A stretch of 64,000 nucleotides of DNA, taken from IMG/VR virus record IMGVR_UViG_3300000917_000001; one strand, given 5' to 3'. The notes under the pieces were generated by a model. That model saw only the letters and a list, made by a program, of their open reading frames with translations, did not search any database and was not told the origin of the DNA. The stretch is from an uncultured virus (IMG/VR IMGVR_UViG_3300000917_000001) (lineage: Duplodnaviria; Heunggongvirae; Uroviricota; Caudoviricetes). The translations under genes were made by a program, and so were the position numbers. Below are positions 47,322 through 57,255 of this stretch, in pieces; the stretch's first letter is position 1; each line of letters begins with the position of its first letter.

Positions 47322-48440
47322 ATGACCCAACCGAAAAAAGTTGCAAAGACTCTAACTACATTATTAGAAAATCCCGTTGTCAAAAGTATTTTAGATCTAT
47401 CAGACGATTTAGAGAAGGTAATCCCAGAAGTTCAATCGTGGTGGGGATATGACCTTCTATCAAGAAAACCAGGTTCCGCTTATGATGAAGATGGAACGTT
47501 TGTTGGGACAGATCTTGATCTAGCTTGCTTTCTCTATGCTTTAAAAGATAGAGGAGCAGTAATCAATCTCCCATCATACAAACCTATCAGAGTTACAAAA
47601 TTGAAAGAAAATGAAAAAGTTATATCAAAATACGATCGTCATGGAAAGGTAACTGGTGTTACAGCCAACAAAGAATTCTTCACTTTCTCAGTAAAGATTA
47701 TTGATGAAAACGTCGTTGGAGAAGATAAAGTTGGTATGCCAAGAAACTTTTCATTGACGGATTTCTCAGGACAATGGTATCCTGGTTGGAGACTTATTGA
47801 ATTTGTCCCAACTCTAAATGAAAATAAGTTTATAACAGAGAATAAGCTATGGACAGGACACAAAATCATTTTCAAGAATTTTGTTCATCCAAACAGATGG
47901 ACCAGCTTCTTCGGCCAATATTACATTATGACCAAGATATTAATTGAAAGACTTGAAGATGAGGCTCAGAACCTTTTTGAGCAGCAAAAATTCTTGTTTA
48001 ATAGCGGTTTCAGATTTCCAGAAGGACAAGGACCATCTTCTGTTCAAAGCATTGAAGTTGGAAAGAAGAAAAGTCTGAAATTTCCATCATTTGAAGCAAA
48101 GGTTTATATTCCTGAAATCGAATACAAAGGAGATTATAAAGTATTTGACAAAAGCCAGAAAGGTCTGGTTGACGTTTATCATAGGAGAAATTATTTCCTT
48201 TTCAAAGTTATTCCAGAACTTCGTTTTATGACCAGAGCAACAGAAATGGCTCATTTCCTTCAACCGACAAGCATTCCAGCTTGGTTGGAGAATATAAACT
48301 GGGAGCCAGATTTTGTTGAACCTGGGAAAAGAACCAAGTGGGATCGTTTGAAACTGTTCCAACCAAAAGTTGGAGAGTTCTCGGTATCTCTTCTAAAAAG
48401 GGTGACTGAGAAATCAGTTCAGGTAGATTCCAGCTATTAG
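47322..48440 (+). CDS. Hypothetical protein
   Basis: 372 aa, AAGGAG SD. Confidence 0.8.
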   Translation: MTQPKKVAKTLTTLLENPVVKSILDLSDDLEKVIPEVQSWWGYDLLSRKPGSAYDEDGTFVGTDLDLACFLYALKDRGAVINLPSYKPIRVTKLKENEKVISKYDRHGKVTGVTANKEFFTFSVKIIDENVVGEDKVGMPRNFSLTDFSGQWYPGWRLIEFVPTLNENKFITENKLWTGHKIIFKNFVHPNRWTSFFGQYYIMTKILIERLEDEAQNLFEQQKFLFNSGFRFPEGQGPSSVQSIEVGKKKSLKFPSFEAKVYIPEIEYKGDYKVFDKSQKGLVDVYHRRNYFLFKVIPELRFMTRATEMAHFLQPTSIPAWLENINWEPDFVEPGKRTKWDRLKLFQPKVGEFSVSLLKRVTEKSVQVDSSY

Positions 48441-48493
48441 TAGTAATGGGAGGGGACTAGTTCCCCTCCCAAAAAACTTTTAGGAGGTTAGAA

Positions 48494-48802
48494 TTGAAAA
48501 AACGTCTTCCAAGAGAAGAAAGGTTTCCTACAAAAACAGATATTAAAGGTATAAAAAGATGGCTTAATAAATCTAACGAAATAAAAAAGACGGATTGCCC
48601 ATTTGAAAGGTACGAACCTTCAAGTCACTGGCCTCATTGGAAATGTACTTTGATTTTTCATACTCTTATTAGAAAAAGAAATAAAGATATGAAAAAAAGA
48701 GGATGGTGTNGAATGTGTCCTTGTGATTACTATACTCTCAATCATATTGAAAAAACCGCAAAGAACCTTATTAAAAGGTATGAACATGGTAAAAATAGAT
48801 GA
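48494..48802 (+). CDS. Small Cys-containing hypothetical protein
   Basis: AGGAGGT SD; contains an ambiguous base at 48710. Confidence 0.6.
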   Translation: MKKRLPREERFPTKTDIKGIKRWLNKSNEIKKTDCPFERYEPSSHWPHWKCTLIFHTLIRKRNKDMKKRGWCXMCPCDYYTLNHIEKTAKNLIKRYEHGKNR

Positions 48803-49607
48803 TTTTCTAAAAACAGGAAAGAACCATAGAGTATGTGAAGACTATATTCTTTCAGGAAATAAACCATTTCCTTATATTATTTTATCAGATGGATGCTCAA
48901 GCTCTAAAAATACTGAAATGGGATCCAAACTTTTATGTTATGAAGCGAGACAATTAATTACTACTCGAACCGAAGATGAAATCAAAATTGATAAATGTGT
49001 TGATACAGGGTCATGGGTAATTCATAATGCTGAAGTTATTGCAAGACTTTTAGGATTAGAGAAAACATCTCTCGATGCAACTTTAATAACAGCATATAAA
49101 ATAGGAAAAGCAATTTGTATAAGCATGTATGGAGATGGAATAGTTCTTACTCAAGGAAAAGATGACATCATTACAATTTTTGATATTAACTTTTCAAGTA
49201 ATGCTCCATATTATTTATCTTATACTATAGATCCTAAAAGAGATCAAGAATACTATAAGATGAAGAATATTCAAACAATAACAGGAACTATTATTAGACC
49301 AAATGGTCATTTTACTATTTCAGAAGATCAAAGAGCATATGACCATAGAGAAACATACTCTTTTCTTTGCTCTTCTTATAAAGCTATTATGATATCTTCA
49401 GACGGATTAAAATCATTTATAAAAACAACTCTAGCTCAACAAATTATTCTTCCAGATGTAGTTAAAGAACTTTTTTCTTTTAAAACAACAACTGGTGAAT
49501 TTTTGAAAAGGCGTCTTGGAAGGATGATTCAAGATTATGAAAAAGATAACATCTTTCATTATGATGACCTATCAGTTGGTTGTTTTATTCTTGAGGACGA
49601 ACAATGA
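48786..49607 (+). CDS. PP2C-family protein phosphatase
   Basis: GKNH..CED, LSDGCSS, ATL, GDG, SSDG, DDLS. Confidence 0.88.
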   Translation: MVKIDDFLKTGKNHRVCEDYILSGNKPFPYIILSDGCSSSKNTEMGSKLLCYEARQLITTRTEDEIKIDKCVDTGSWVIHNAEVIARLLGLEKTSLDATLITAYKIGKAICISMYGDGIVLTQGKDDIITIFDINFSSNAPYYLSYTIDPKRDQEYYKMKNIQTITGTIIRPNGHFTISEDQRAYDHRETYSFLCSSYKAIMISSDGLKSFIKTTLAQQIILPDVVKELFSFKTTTGEFLKRRLGRMIQDYEKDNIFHYDDLSVGCFILEDEQ

Positions 49608-51295
49608 TTTGTTATGTCAATGGAAAAAAGGTTGATTTATTAGCTAAAGAGTTTGTATCTAAAGGCGGTGAAGGAAGTATTTATCATAAAGATGATTTAG
49701 CTTACAAAATATATGAAGATCTAAGTAAGATGATACCAGAAGCGAAAATCAAAGAATTAGAAACATTAGATAAACCAAATATTGTTAGACCTCTTGATAT
49801 TATATTTGATTCCACAAAAGCAATTGTTGGATTCACTATGGACTGGTTGGGTGACGAAACAAATGCTCTTTGTAAGTTATTTACTAATTCTTTTAGAGAT
49901 GCAAATGGAATTACAATTGACCAAACAACAGAGTTGGTTGAAAATATCAAAGATACAATCTTTTTCATTCACAATAAGAATTGTTTAATGGTTGATGGAA
50001 ATGAATTTAACTATCTAGTTGGAAAGGATTTCATTACTCCTTATTTCATTGACGTCAATTCATATCAAACTCCAAACTTTAATGCTACAGCAATCATGCC
50101 ATCAATAAGAGACTGGTCGACACAAAAATTTACTACATTATCTGACTGGTTCTCTTTCGCCATAGTATCTTTTCAATTGTTTGTTGGTATTCATCCTTTT
50201 AAGGGAAACCATCCAAAATATTCAAGAAATGACTTTGAAAAAAGAGTCATTGAGAATGTTTCAGTTTTTCATAAAGGAGTTTCTCTTCCACCAACAGTAA
50301 GAGATTTCAATCTAATTCCTTCTTCATACAAAGATTGGTATTATAAATTGTTTGAAAAAGGAGAAAGAAAAGAACCTCCCACACTTCCTGGAAAGTCTCA
50401 AGTTATTCAGATTATTGCTTCTGTTGTTCAAAGTAGCAATAACTTTGAAATAACTATGCTAAAAGAGTTCAAGGATGAGTTATTGTTCTATGGCGTTATT
50501 TATGGAATTCCGGTGGCTAAAACTATAAAAGAAATCTTTATCAGCAAAACAAATTATAAAACATCTTTAGGTACAGAGTTATTGTTTGCTATGCCAGGTT
50601 TAATTCCAATTTTGATAAAGATTGAGAATAATAAACTAAAATATCATGCATTAAAAGAAGGATATAAACTAAAAGAACTTGACTTAGAATGTTCAGATAA
50701 AATGATAGTTAATAATGTTCTTTATATAAAGAATAATGAGAAGTTAATTGAAATTGAGTTCAATGAAATGAATGGTAATATCGTTCCAGCAATAAAAACA
50801 GTTTGGACTATAGAACCAAATTCAAGTAAATTGTTCAGTAATATTATAGTCCAAAGTGTTCTAGGAAAAACATATGTCGCAATTCCTTTACCAAAGCTTG
50901 GGCAAAGAAGTTCCTTTGTTATCAAAGCTATTCCTGAACTTGATAAATATAGGATAGTAGATGCAAAGTATGACAATAAAGTTTCAATGTTTATTGGTTA
51001 TCAAAATGGTGACTACTTTAAAATTGTAGTTATTTTTGATGATGACTATAACAAATATAAAATAAGAGTCATTCCAACTGATTATATTCCATTAAACTTC
51101 ATTACTTTAGACAATGGTGTTGTTGTGTCTATAAATGATGATAGTAGTATTGAAATCTTTACTAATCGAATTGATAAAGATGATGTAAAGAAAATAAAAG
51201 ATCCTGAAATCAATACTTCAATGCGTCTTTTCAAAGACGGTATGACTGTAATGTTTGTTAGTGGAAACAAAGTTTACAAAATAAGGATGAAATAA
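49604..51295 (+). CDS. Ser/Thr protein kinase (TerY-P/YegI-like)
   Basis: GGEGSIY, AYKIY, DGNEFN, FIDVNSYQ, DWFSFA..G.HPFKG. Confidence 0.85.
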   Translation: MICYVNGKKVDLLAKEFVSKGGEGSIYHKDDLAYKIYEDLSKMIPEAKIKELETLDKPNIVRPLDIIFDSTKAIVGFTMDWLGDETNALCKLFTNSFRDANGITIDQTTELVENIKDTIFFIHNKNCLMVDGNEFNYLVGKDFITPYFIDVNSYQTPNFNATAIMPSIRDWSTQKFTTLSDWFSFAIVSFQLFVGIHPFKGNHPKYSRNDFEKRVIENVSVFHKGVSLPPTVRDFNLIPSSYKDWYYKLFEKGERKEPPTLPGKSQVIQIIASVVQSSNNFEITMLKEFKDELLFYGVIYGIPVAKTIKEIFISKTNYKTSLGTELLFAMPGLIPILIKIENNKLKYHALKEGYKLKELDLECSDKMIVNNVLYIKNNEKLIEIEFNEMNGNIVPAIKTVWTIEPNSSKLFSNIIVQSVLGKTYVAIPLPKLGQRSSFVIKAIPELDKYRIVDAKYDNKVSMFIGYQNGDYFKIVVIFDDDYNKYKIRVIPTDYIPLNFITLDNGVVVSINDDSSIEIFTNRIDKDDVKKIKDPEINTSMRLFKDGMTVMFVSGNKVYKIRMK

Positions 51296-51825
51296 TGGGT
51301 GAACTAGCTGAACTTAAAAAAATAAGATTAGGAAGTGTTGAAACTATATTAAAACCTCGTGGTTCTATGGAAAAAGAATCAATTGGACTAACTATTTTTG
51401 AACGTCTGGAAGCAGCTATTGATTGGTGGACAAGAAGAGATTATGAAGAAACTCCAAGCTTATTTGAAGTATTAGCTACAGCAAAAAAGAATTTAGATTT
51501 AGAAGTAGAAGGAGCATGGAATAAAATATTATCACAATTTGAAAAAGAAGCAAAAACTGATTTGGTTACCTTTCTAACTCTAATTATTATTAAAAAAAGA
51601 TGTATATTACAAAAGGTATACGATCGAATAACAAAAAGCTATGATGAATTTTTAATATGGATAAATTTTTGTGATAACCTTCGTCAAAATGAACGACTTA
51701 ATAAACATTTTATGTACGTTACTGAGATACATTTAGATTTTTCAGTTCGTAATCCAAAAGGTTATCCAAAGTATATAGAACTTTATAATGAAGTAGTTGA
51801 AAAGAAAGGAGGTAAAAAAGAGTAA
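51295..51825 (+). CDS. Hypothetical protein
   Basis: Coupled ORF. Confidence 0.7.
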   Translation: MGELAELKKIRLGSVETILKPRGSMEKESIGLTIFERLEAAIDWWTRRDYEETPSLFEVLATAKKNLDLEVEGAWNKILSQFEKEAKTDLVTFLTLIIIKKRCILQKVYDRITKSYDEFLIWINFCDNLRQNERLNKHFMYVTEIHLDFSVRNPKGYPKYIELYNEVVEKKGGKKE

Positions 51826-52292
51826 TGGTAGAAGAATTTGTAAATTTCGACAATCCTATGATTGAGTTTGTCAAAAGGACAAACAAAAATCAAAAAAGAG
51901 AGAAAGGAGAAAAGAAAGATTTAGTAAAAGCTGGAGTATTAGTAGCTGGAGTTGATCCAAGAACATCTACGGTATGTGTTGGATTTTCTCTTTGCCATCG
52001 TCAAATGGATGAATTTGATGTGGTTAAAACTCAAGAGAAGAAAATTAAAGTTCCTGGTTTTGGAGTTGATGTTGCTTTTAAAAGAGCTTTAAAATGGCAA
52101 CATCATCAACAAGCAATGTTTATTTCAACTCCAAAAGCAGAACTCAAACAAATGCCTGGTGTTGTATTTATTCCAGCATCATTAGAAAAACCAGCAAAAG
52201 ACTTTATCAAAAGATGCGTACGATTTTATCAAAATGCAAAGTATCCTGACAAGAATAAGAAACTTCCAGAATGGACAAAAGGTTTGCAATAG
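51825..52292 (+). CDS. Hypothetical phage protein
   Basis: GFSLC...D.F...G..VA..RA motif; GGAGG SD. Confidence 0.7.
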   Translation: MVEEFVNFDNPMIEFVKRTNKNQKREKGEKKDLVKAGVLVAGVDPRTSTVCVGFSLCHRQMDEFDVVKTQEKKIKVPGFGVDVAFKRALKWQHHQQAMFISTPKAELKQMPGVVFIPASLEKPAKDFIKRCVRFYQNAKYPDKNKKLPEWTKGLQ

Positions 52293-52349
52293 ACCGTCAA
52301 GGAATGGGGGTATTAAGTTACCCCCATTTCAAATAATGAAGGGGGAAAA

Positions 52350-52634
52350 ATGAATATTCTTTTTGTTAAACAAACACTAGATGAATTATCAATCTTTAAA
52401 GCTCAATATGATCTTAGAAAGAAAAAAATCCTTCGATTTTTGAAAGATAATATTGATAAAGTTGAAAATAAAAGCGACATCTTATTAAAACTTGAAGGTT
52501 ATCTTCAAAAGAAAAGACAGATAAAAAATGATGCGCTTCTAGCTTTTGGAGTTGAAGAAATAATTGACAAAGTTTACGAGGGTTACGATGGTTCAAAAAA
52601 AGAAACAGAAACAGTTCAAACCAAAGTTCATTAA
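52350..52634 (+). CDS. Hypothetical protein
   Basis: AGGGGG SD. Confidence 0.6.
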   Translation: MNILFVKQTLDELSIFKAQYDLRKKKILRFLKDNIDKVENKSDILLKLEGYLQKKRQIKNDALLAFGVEEIIDKVYEGYDGSKKETETVQTKVH

Positions 52635-52866
52635 AAGTATGACCTTTAATGAAGTTATGGAAGATGTCAAAAAGAAACACGAACAGAACCTAAGACTTTA
52701 TCAAGAAAATAATGGAATATGTATTAATTGTAAGAAAAATTCAGGAGACAAACTGTCATTTATTTGCAGTGAATGTCAGGCAAAGATTGATAAGATTGTA
52801 GCTGAACTACGTGGGCAAGGATTTGTTGAAATGACAATTCCTATTAAGAGACAATTAAATGAATAG
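52588..52866 (+). CDS. Zinc-finger hypothetical protein
   Basis: CINC...CSEC; probable start MVQKK. Confidence 0.6.
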   Translation: MVQKKKQKQFKPKFIKSMTFNEVMEDVKKKHEQNLRLYQENNGICINCKKNSGDKLSFICSECQAKIDKIVAELRGQGFVEMTIPIKRQLNE

Positions 52867-53260
52867 AAAAGATATTCCCAATAGGATCACTGGTCAATTT
52901 CTTGCTTCACACCCAGACTGTATCTTTGTATTTGGAGATAATCTAAAACGAAGAGGTTATGGTGGTGGAGCAACTCTTCGAGATTATAAAAATACATATG
53001 GATTTATAACAAAAAAATATCCAACTAATGAACCAAAATCATTCTATACACCTGAGGAATATACAGAAGTTTTCTTGCAAGAGATAAAAAAATTTCTAAA
53101 GTTTGCAAAAGAAAACATGGATAAAACATTTCTTGTTTCTAAGCTTGGTGCTGGATTAGCAAATAGGCATCAAATCTTTGAGAAAATTATACACCCTTAT
53201 TTCAAGAGGTTGGAATTTACTAAACAATTTTTGAATATTATTCTTCTTGATTGGGATTAA
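52859..53260 (+). CDS. Macrodomain-like phage protein
   Basis: FVFGDNL..RG.GGGA, YG..TK, LGAGLA. Confidence 0.6.
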   Translation: MNRKDIPNRITGQFLASHPDCIFVFGDNLKRRGYGGGATLRDYKNTYGFITKKYPTNEPKSFYTPEEYTEVFLQEIKKFLKFAKENMDKTFLVSKLGAGLANRHQIFEKIIHPYFKRLEFTKQFLNIILLDWD

Positions 53261-53292
53261 TAATTAATTAGTATATATATTAATTACTGTAA

Positions 53293-53518
53293 GTAGCTCT
53301 TGGTTATTTTGTGCCCCCGTGGAATTTCTAGGAGCTACAAAAACACACTCAAAAAACGGTATAACGGGGGATTTACTAAGGACACACCGAGAATCCTGAT
53401 ATTTGTTGCCCCGTGGATATCTCGGTTCTCGTTGTGGAGAAATCCGGTTCCGGTAACGGGGCTCAGAAGTTCCTCCTTCTGCAAGGGTGGGGATGTTTCC
53501 TCATCAGCATCCCCACCC
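53293..53518 (+). ncRNA. Structured RNA with two tandem pseudoknot units
   Basis: Two stem-loops whose CCCCGU loops pair with downstream ACGGGG; final 11-bp hairpin; follows promoter motif 53271-53284. Confidence 0.6.
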
Positions 53519-53541
53519 AATATTAAACTTAGGAGGTTAGA

Positions 53542-53877
53542 ATGAAAAAAGTTTTTTTCTTAGTATTTTTATTATCTTTATTTCTAGTATTTGATGTATT
53601 CGCAAAAAGTGGGGGCGGAAGTGGTGGAAGGGGAAGTGGTGGAAGAGGTAGTTATGGAGGAAGATCAACTACAGGTCCAGCTAACCCATCAAAAAGTTTC
53701 AATCCATATCATCAAGAATTTAATCCAACAATACCACCAGCAGAAAATAGGCACATAAATCGGAGTCCTTATTTTAGTCCAAACTACATTCCTTTCAATC
53801 CAACTGGAAGAAATGATAGTCCAAAAAGGGATCCGTTATATGAATATAATCAAAATTTTGAAGGACGACAACATTAA
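53542..53877 (+). CDS. Secreted Gly/Arg/Pro-rich low-complexity protein
   Basis: MKK + hydrophobic stretch + VFA signal peptide; GGRGS repeats; AGGAGG SD. Confidence 0.7.
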   Translation: MKKVFFLVFLLSLFLVFDVFAKSGGGSGGRGSGGRGSYGGRSTTGPANPSKSFNPYHQEFNPTIPPAENRHINRSPYFSPNYIPFNPTGRNDSPKRDPLYEYNQNFEGRQH

Positions 53878-53903
53878 TTAATAAGAAGGAGAGAAAAAAC
53901 ATT

Positions 53904-54161
53904 ATGACGTTATGCGCGTATGGATGTGGTCAAGAATCAAAATATACATTGAAGAATGGAAAGGCATGTTGCAGTGCTCATGCTAACTCATGCCCCGTTA
54001 TTAAAGCGAAACTAAAAGCATCTTTGAATAAACCTGAAACAAAGGAAAAGATGAAGATTGGAATCAAGGCTGCTATGAACAACCCTGATACAAAGATGAA
54101 ATTGAGCAACAGTCAGAAAGCGTCTTGGCAAAGACGAAAAGAAGCTAAAGCAACAACATAG
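53904..54161 (+). CDS. Cys-rich plus NUMOD3-like DNA-binding protein
   Basis: CAYGCG, PETKEKM / PDTKMKLS repeats; terminator at 54188-54230. Confidence 0.65.
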   Translation: MTLCAYGCGQESKYTLKNGKACCSAHANSCPVIKAKLKASLNKPETKEKMKIGIKAAMNNPDTKMKLSNSQKASWQRRKEAKATT

Positions 54162-54295
54162 TTTATTTAGTTGTCGTCCGGATAAGATTGGGTGGAGATT
54201 TCTTAATTGAGATCTCCACCCAATTTTTTTGTTAATTTTTTCTATATATATTAATTATTAGAAACAATAGATTATTTTTTTAGAAAGGAGGTAGG

Positions 54296-54820
54296 ATGAA
54301 TAGCAAAAGGTTTCATAGAATTGTTGATATTTTTAATCATTTAGATATCGGAAAAGAATTTACCAAAAAACAACTATTGACTTTATTACAAGGATTTTAT
54401 CCATCAGCTAACATAGATCATTTAGGATATTTCTTTACTGTAATGAGAATTGTAGGTTGCGTAACTATTACTAGGAATGGAAGAGGAAATAAAAATGGTA
54501 GTTTATATAGAAAAGACAGAAATATTGATGAAGATGATCTGAAAATTGCTCATATGACTTATTCTCAGAAACAACAAGAAAAGAACTCAAATATTAACGT
54601 AGAAAAAATCACCGGACAAAAATTAGAGATATGTACTAAAATAGTAGAAGCTAAAGATATACAAAAAGTTGTTGAGAACGTCCTTATTCTAACCGACCAA
54701 AATGTCAAACTCAAAAAGGAACTAGAAGAATTAAAGGATAAACTAAAACAACTAGAGCAGCAGAACCTATGGAACATGTTGATAAAGAAAGCTGAAGAAG
54801 CTACTGGTATTTCATTGTGA
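54296..54820 (+). CDS. Putative DNA-binding protein with coiled coil
   Basis: Promoter motif at 54242-54255, AGGAGGT SD; resembles 16707-17252. Confidence 0.7.
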   Translation: MNSKRFHRIVDIFNHLDIGKEFTKKQLLTLLQGFYPSANIDHLGYFFTVMRIVGCVTITRNGRGNKNGSLYRKDRNIDEDDLKIAHMTYSQKQQEKNSNINVEKITGQKLEICTKIVEAKDIQKVVENVLILTDQNVKLKKELEELKDKLKQLEQQNLWNMLIKKAEEATGISL

Positions 54821-54913
54821 AAAATAAGGGTCATCTATAAAGTGGATGACCCTTATTTTTTTGTATCCATACCGACGGAAAAAAGACCCAAGAAGATTTC
54901 TCCTCTTGGGTCT
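54821..54913. terminator. Two terminators between convergent units
   Basis: AAAATAAGGGTCATC..GATGACCCTTATTTT and GACCCAAGA..TCTTGGGTC with T runs. Confidence 0.75.
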
Positions 54914-54937
54914 CTTGAAACTAAGACCTAAGTCTTA

Positions 54938-56389
54938 TTAAGCACCAATTGTTAGTGTAGCAATACCTGCGCTTCTGATAAGAGCAGTTGCATATCTTGA
55001 CAAGATTGTCAAGCTTGGTGTGTAGGTCAATGGATATGGGTGAAGGACCGCGGGCACATAAGGTGCGTAAATATAAATAGCCTTTAGTTCTTCTACTGGT
55101 TTGTAAACCATAATCATTGTGCCTTGAGTTACTACTGCGGAAGTTAAAACTTTCCACTTTCCACCAGCAACTACTGCAGATCTGTAACCTAGATCACCGT
55201 CAACTGAGCTGGTTCCTGTGTAATTAAATGTTTGCAAGTCTTCTAGAATTGCTGCGTCTAGTGGGTTGCAAAGTATTGTGTTTCCAGCTTCAATATTGGT
55301 GTCTGTATAGATTTGACCAGATAGTCTGTTCATTTCTACAACAATATTTTCATGCCAGTATTTTGTTCCCCAGGTATAAGTTGGATCTGGGGTTCTTGTA
55401 AAGCTACCGGTATGGGTGACAGCATTCAATCTAGTATTGGCAGTCACAAGAGCATTGATGATTTCTCTGTCGATATCTAGTGCAACTTGTTGTCCTAATA
55501 GGTTGACAATTTCTGCTTGCATTGAGATATCAAATAGAGCTCTCATGTCTTGCTCCATATTGATTGTCCAATTTGCTTGGATCTGTCTGTCTCTAGCATA
55601 TAGTCTGATCTTATCTACTTGTAACTTAACTGTTGGGTTGATTCTGTTTTCTTCTAGTGAAGTTGTTACTTGGTATCTAGCAAAGTTAGCAACACCAGTT
55701 GTATGTGAAATTGCTACAGTACCATTCAAATAATCAACTTTACCAGAAACTACGTCAGCAGAACCACCAATTGTAACACTTTGTGAAAAATGACCTTCTA
55801 CTGCTGGAATAATAGAAACATCTGTAAAGCTTGTACCGTCTGTTGAAACACCGGTAATTTCAAAGTCTCTTTCTAGATGAGCTAAAGTTGGAGTTAAACC
55901 AACATGATTTAGAACATCATACGCTGAACTTGGAATTGGGAAGATAGCTGTAACTGGAGTACCAACAGCAACACCTCTTGAAATATCTGTTCCTGTTACA
56001 GGAGCTAGATATTCAGTTGCTGCGTTTGAAGCTGTGAAACTTGCTTTAATAAAAGCTTTCACTGTTTCTGGCTTGTCCATTGGGGAAACTGTTACTGCTT
56101 CTTTTGCAACTAGTTTTGGGTAGAACACTCTTAGAATAGGCAGAGTCAATGTTTCATATGGGTTGATTGCAAACATTGAATTTTCAAGAAGATTTACTCT
56201 TGTGTTTTCTGCTAATAGTCTAAAAGCTGCTCTATCTTTTTTATTTTCAATTGATTCAGCTAGTGCTGTAACATATGTGTCAAAAGCTGCGTCATCTACA
56301 AGAATCGCTTTTAGATTACCAGGTTTTGATGGATCTACACCACTTACTTTCTTTGTGGCTTTGTAGACTTCCATTAAAAGTTCTTTCAT
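54938..56389 (-). CDS. gp23: Major capsid protein (T4 gp23-like)
   Basis: V(S)PM..P, R.I.A.WT....QD.RA...I...AEI..LL...VALDIDREII, IYAPYVP, SRYA. Confidence 0.92.
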   Translation of the reverse strand: MKELLMEVYKATKKVSGVDPSKPGNLKAILVDDAAFDTYVTALAESIENKKDRAAFRLLAENTRVNLLENSMFAINPYETLTLPILRVFYPKLVAKEAVTVSPMDKPETVKAFIKASFTASNAATEYLAPVTGTDISRGVAVGTPVTAIFPIPSSAYDVLNHVGLTPTLAHLERDFEITGVSTDGTSFTDVSIIPAVEGHFSQSVTIGGSADVVSGKVDYLNGTVAISHTTGVANFARYQVTTSLEENRINPTVKLQVDKIRLYARDRQIQANWTINMEQDMRALFDISMQAEIVNLLGQQVALDIDREIINALVTANTRLNAVTHTGSFTRTPDPTYTWGTKYWHENIVVEMNRLSGQIYTDTNIEAGNTILCNPLDAAILEDLQTFNYTGTSSVDGDLGYRSAVVAGGKWKVLTSAVVTQGTMIMVYKPVEELKAIYIYAPYVPAVLHPYPLTYTPSLTILSRYATALIRSAGIATLTIGA

Positions 56390-56527
56390 TTATTTATCCT
56401 CCTTGTAATTGGTAAGTTTACCAAAACCTTGGTTAATTTGGATTATGTTCTAATATTTTTTTAGAATTAGATAGTTTAGGATATTTTAGATAGGAGTCAG
56501 TTTGTTTCTAAAGGTATGAGAAACAAA

Positions 56528-56953
56528 CTAGAACTTACTTATTTTTGAAAATCTCTTCTCAAGGAGGGTTGAAGTTTTTGCTAAATGCTCATCAAGTTTC
56601 TTTTCTGGTAGTTTATCTAATATTTTCAACATGATAACCATTTCATTTTTTGATACCGAATCATATGTCAATCCATATGATATTAACTTCTGGATTCTTT
56701 CCAGAAGTTTGGAAATTTTTTGCTTCTTTTTATAATCTTCAAAGATTTTTTCTATAACGATTTTTTCCTCGTCTAGTTTAATTCCAATAGCTTTCAGTTT
56801 GTTTCCTAACGTATTTTCTTCTTTTTCTCTAATTTTAAATGTTTCATCAAATAAAGGTTTAATAGTTGAAATTATGCTGTTAGCTATTCTTAATTTTGTT
56901 TCAGATATGTTTAGTTCGTTTACATCAGGAATGCTAGTATATGTAATGTTCAT
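56528..56953 (-). CDS. Hypothetical protein
   Basis: Coupled ORF in the head cluster. Confidence 0.7.
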   Translation of the reverse strand: MNITYTSIPDVNELNISETKLRIANSIISTIKPLFDETFKIREKEENTLGNKLKAIGIKLDEEKIVIEKIFEDYKKKQKISKLLERIQKLISYGLTYDSVSKNEMVIMLKILDKLPEKKLDEHLAKTSTLLEKRFSKISKF

Positions 56954-57237
56954 AATTCACTCCCTAGTTTATTCAGTAATCTAGATTTCAAACTAATGTT
57001 TTTTTGATCTAGTTCTTCAATTTTCTCTTGGAGATCTTTTTTATATTCTTGAACCTTAATTAATATTGACTCTTTTTTTGCTAGTTTTGACTCCAATGAA
57101 CCTACTTTCTTATCTAAGTCAACATAACTAGTAGTTTGAAAGGTAGGTTCTGTTTTACAAACTAAAAAAATTCTTCTAAGTAGCTCTTTTATATCTTTAT
57201 CGACAAATGAATCTTTCTCTAGTTCTAAAATTTCCAA
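56950..57237 (-). CDS. Coiled-coil hypothetical protein
   Basis: AAGGAG SD. Confidence 0.65.
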   Translation of the reverse strand: MEILELEKDSFVDKDIKELLRRIFLVCKTEPTFQTTSYVDLDKKVGSLESKLAKKESILIKVQEYKKDLQEKIEELDQKNISLKSRLLNKLGSEL

Positions 57238-57255
57238 GGAAGTTCTCCTTTCTTT

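Noticed and set aside
53400..53470. c-di-GMP-I or guanidine-III riboswitch, or HDV-like ribozyme identity for the pseudoknot RNA
   Set aside because: Only superficial resemblance; the diagnostic conserved nucleotides were not found.
53300..53545. Track ORFs 53300-53545(+) and 53335-53520(-)
   Set aside because: No SD; the region is better explained as structured RNA.
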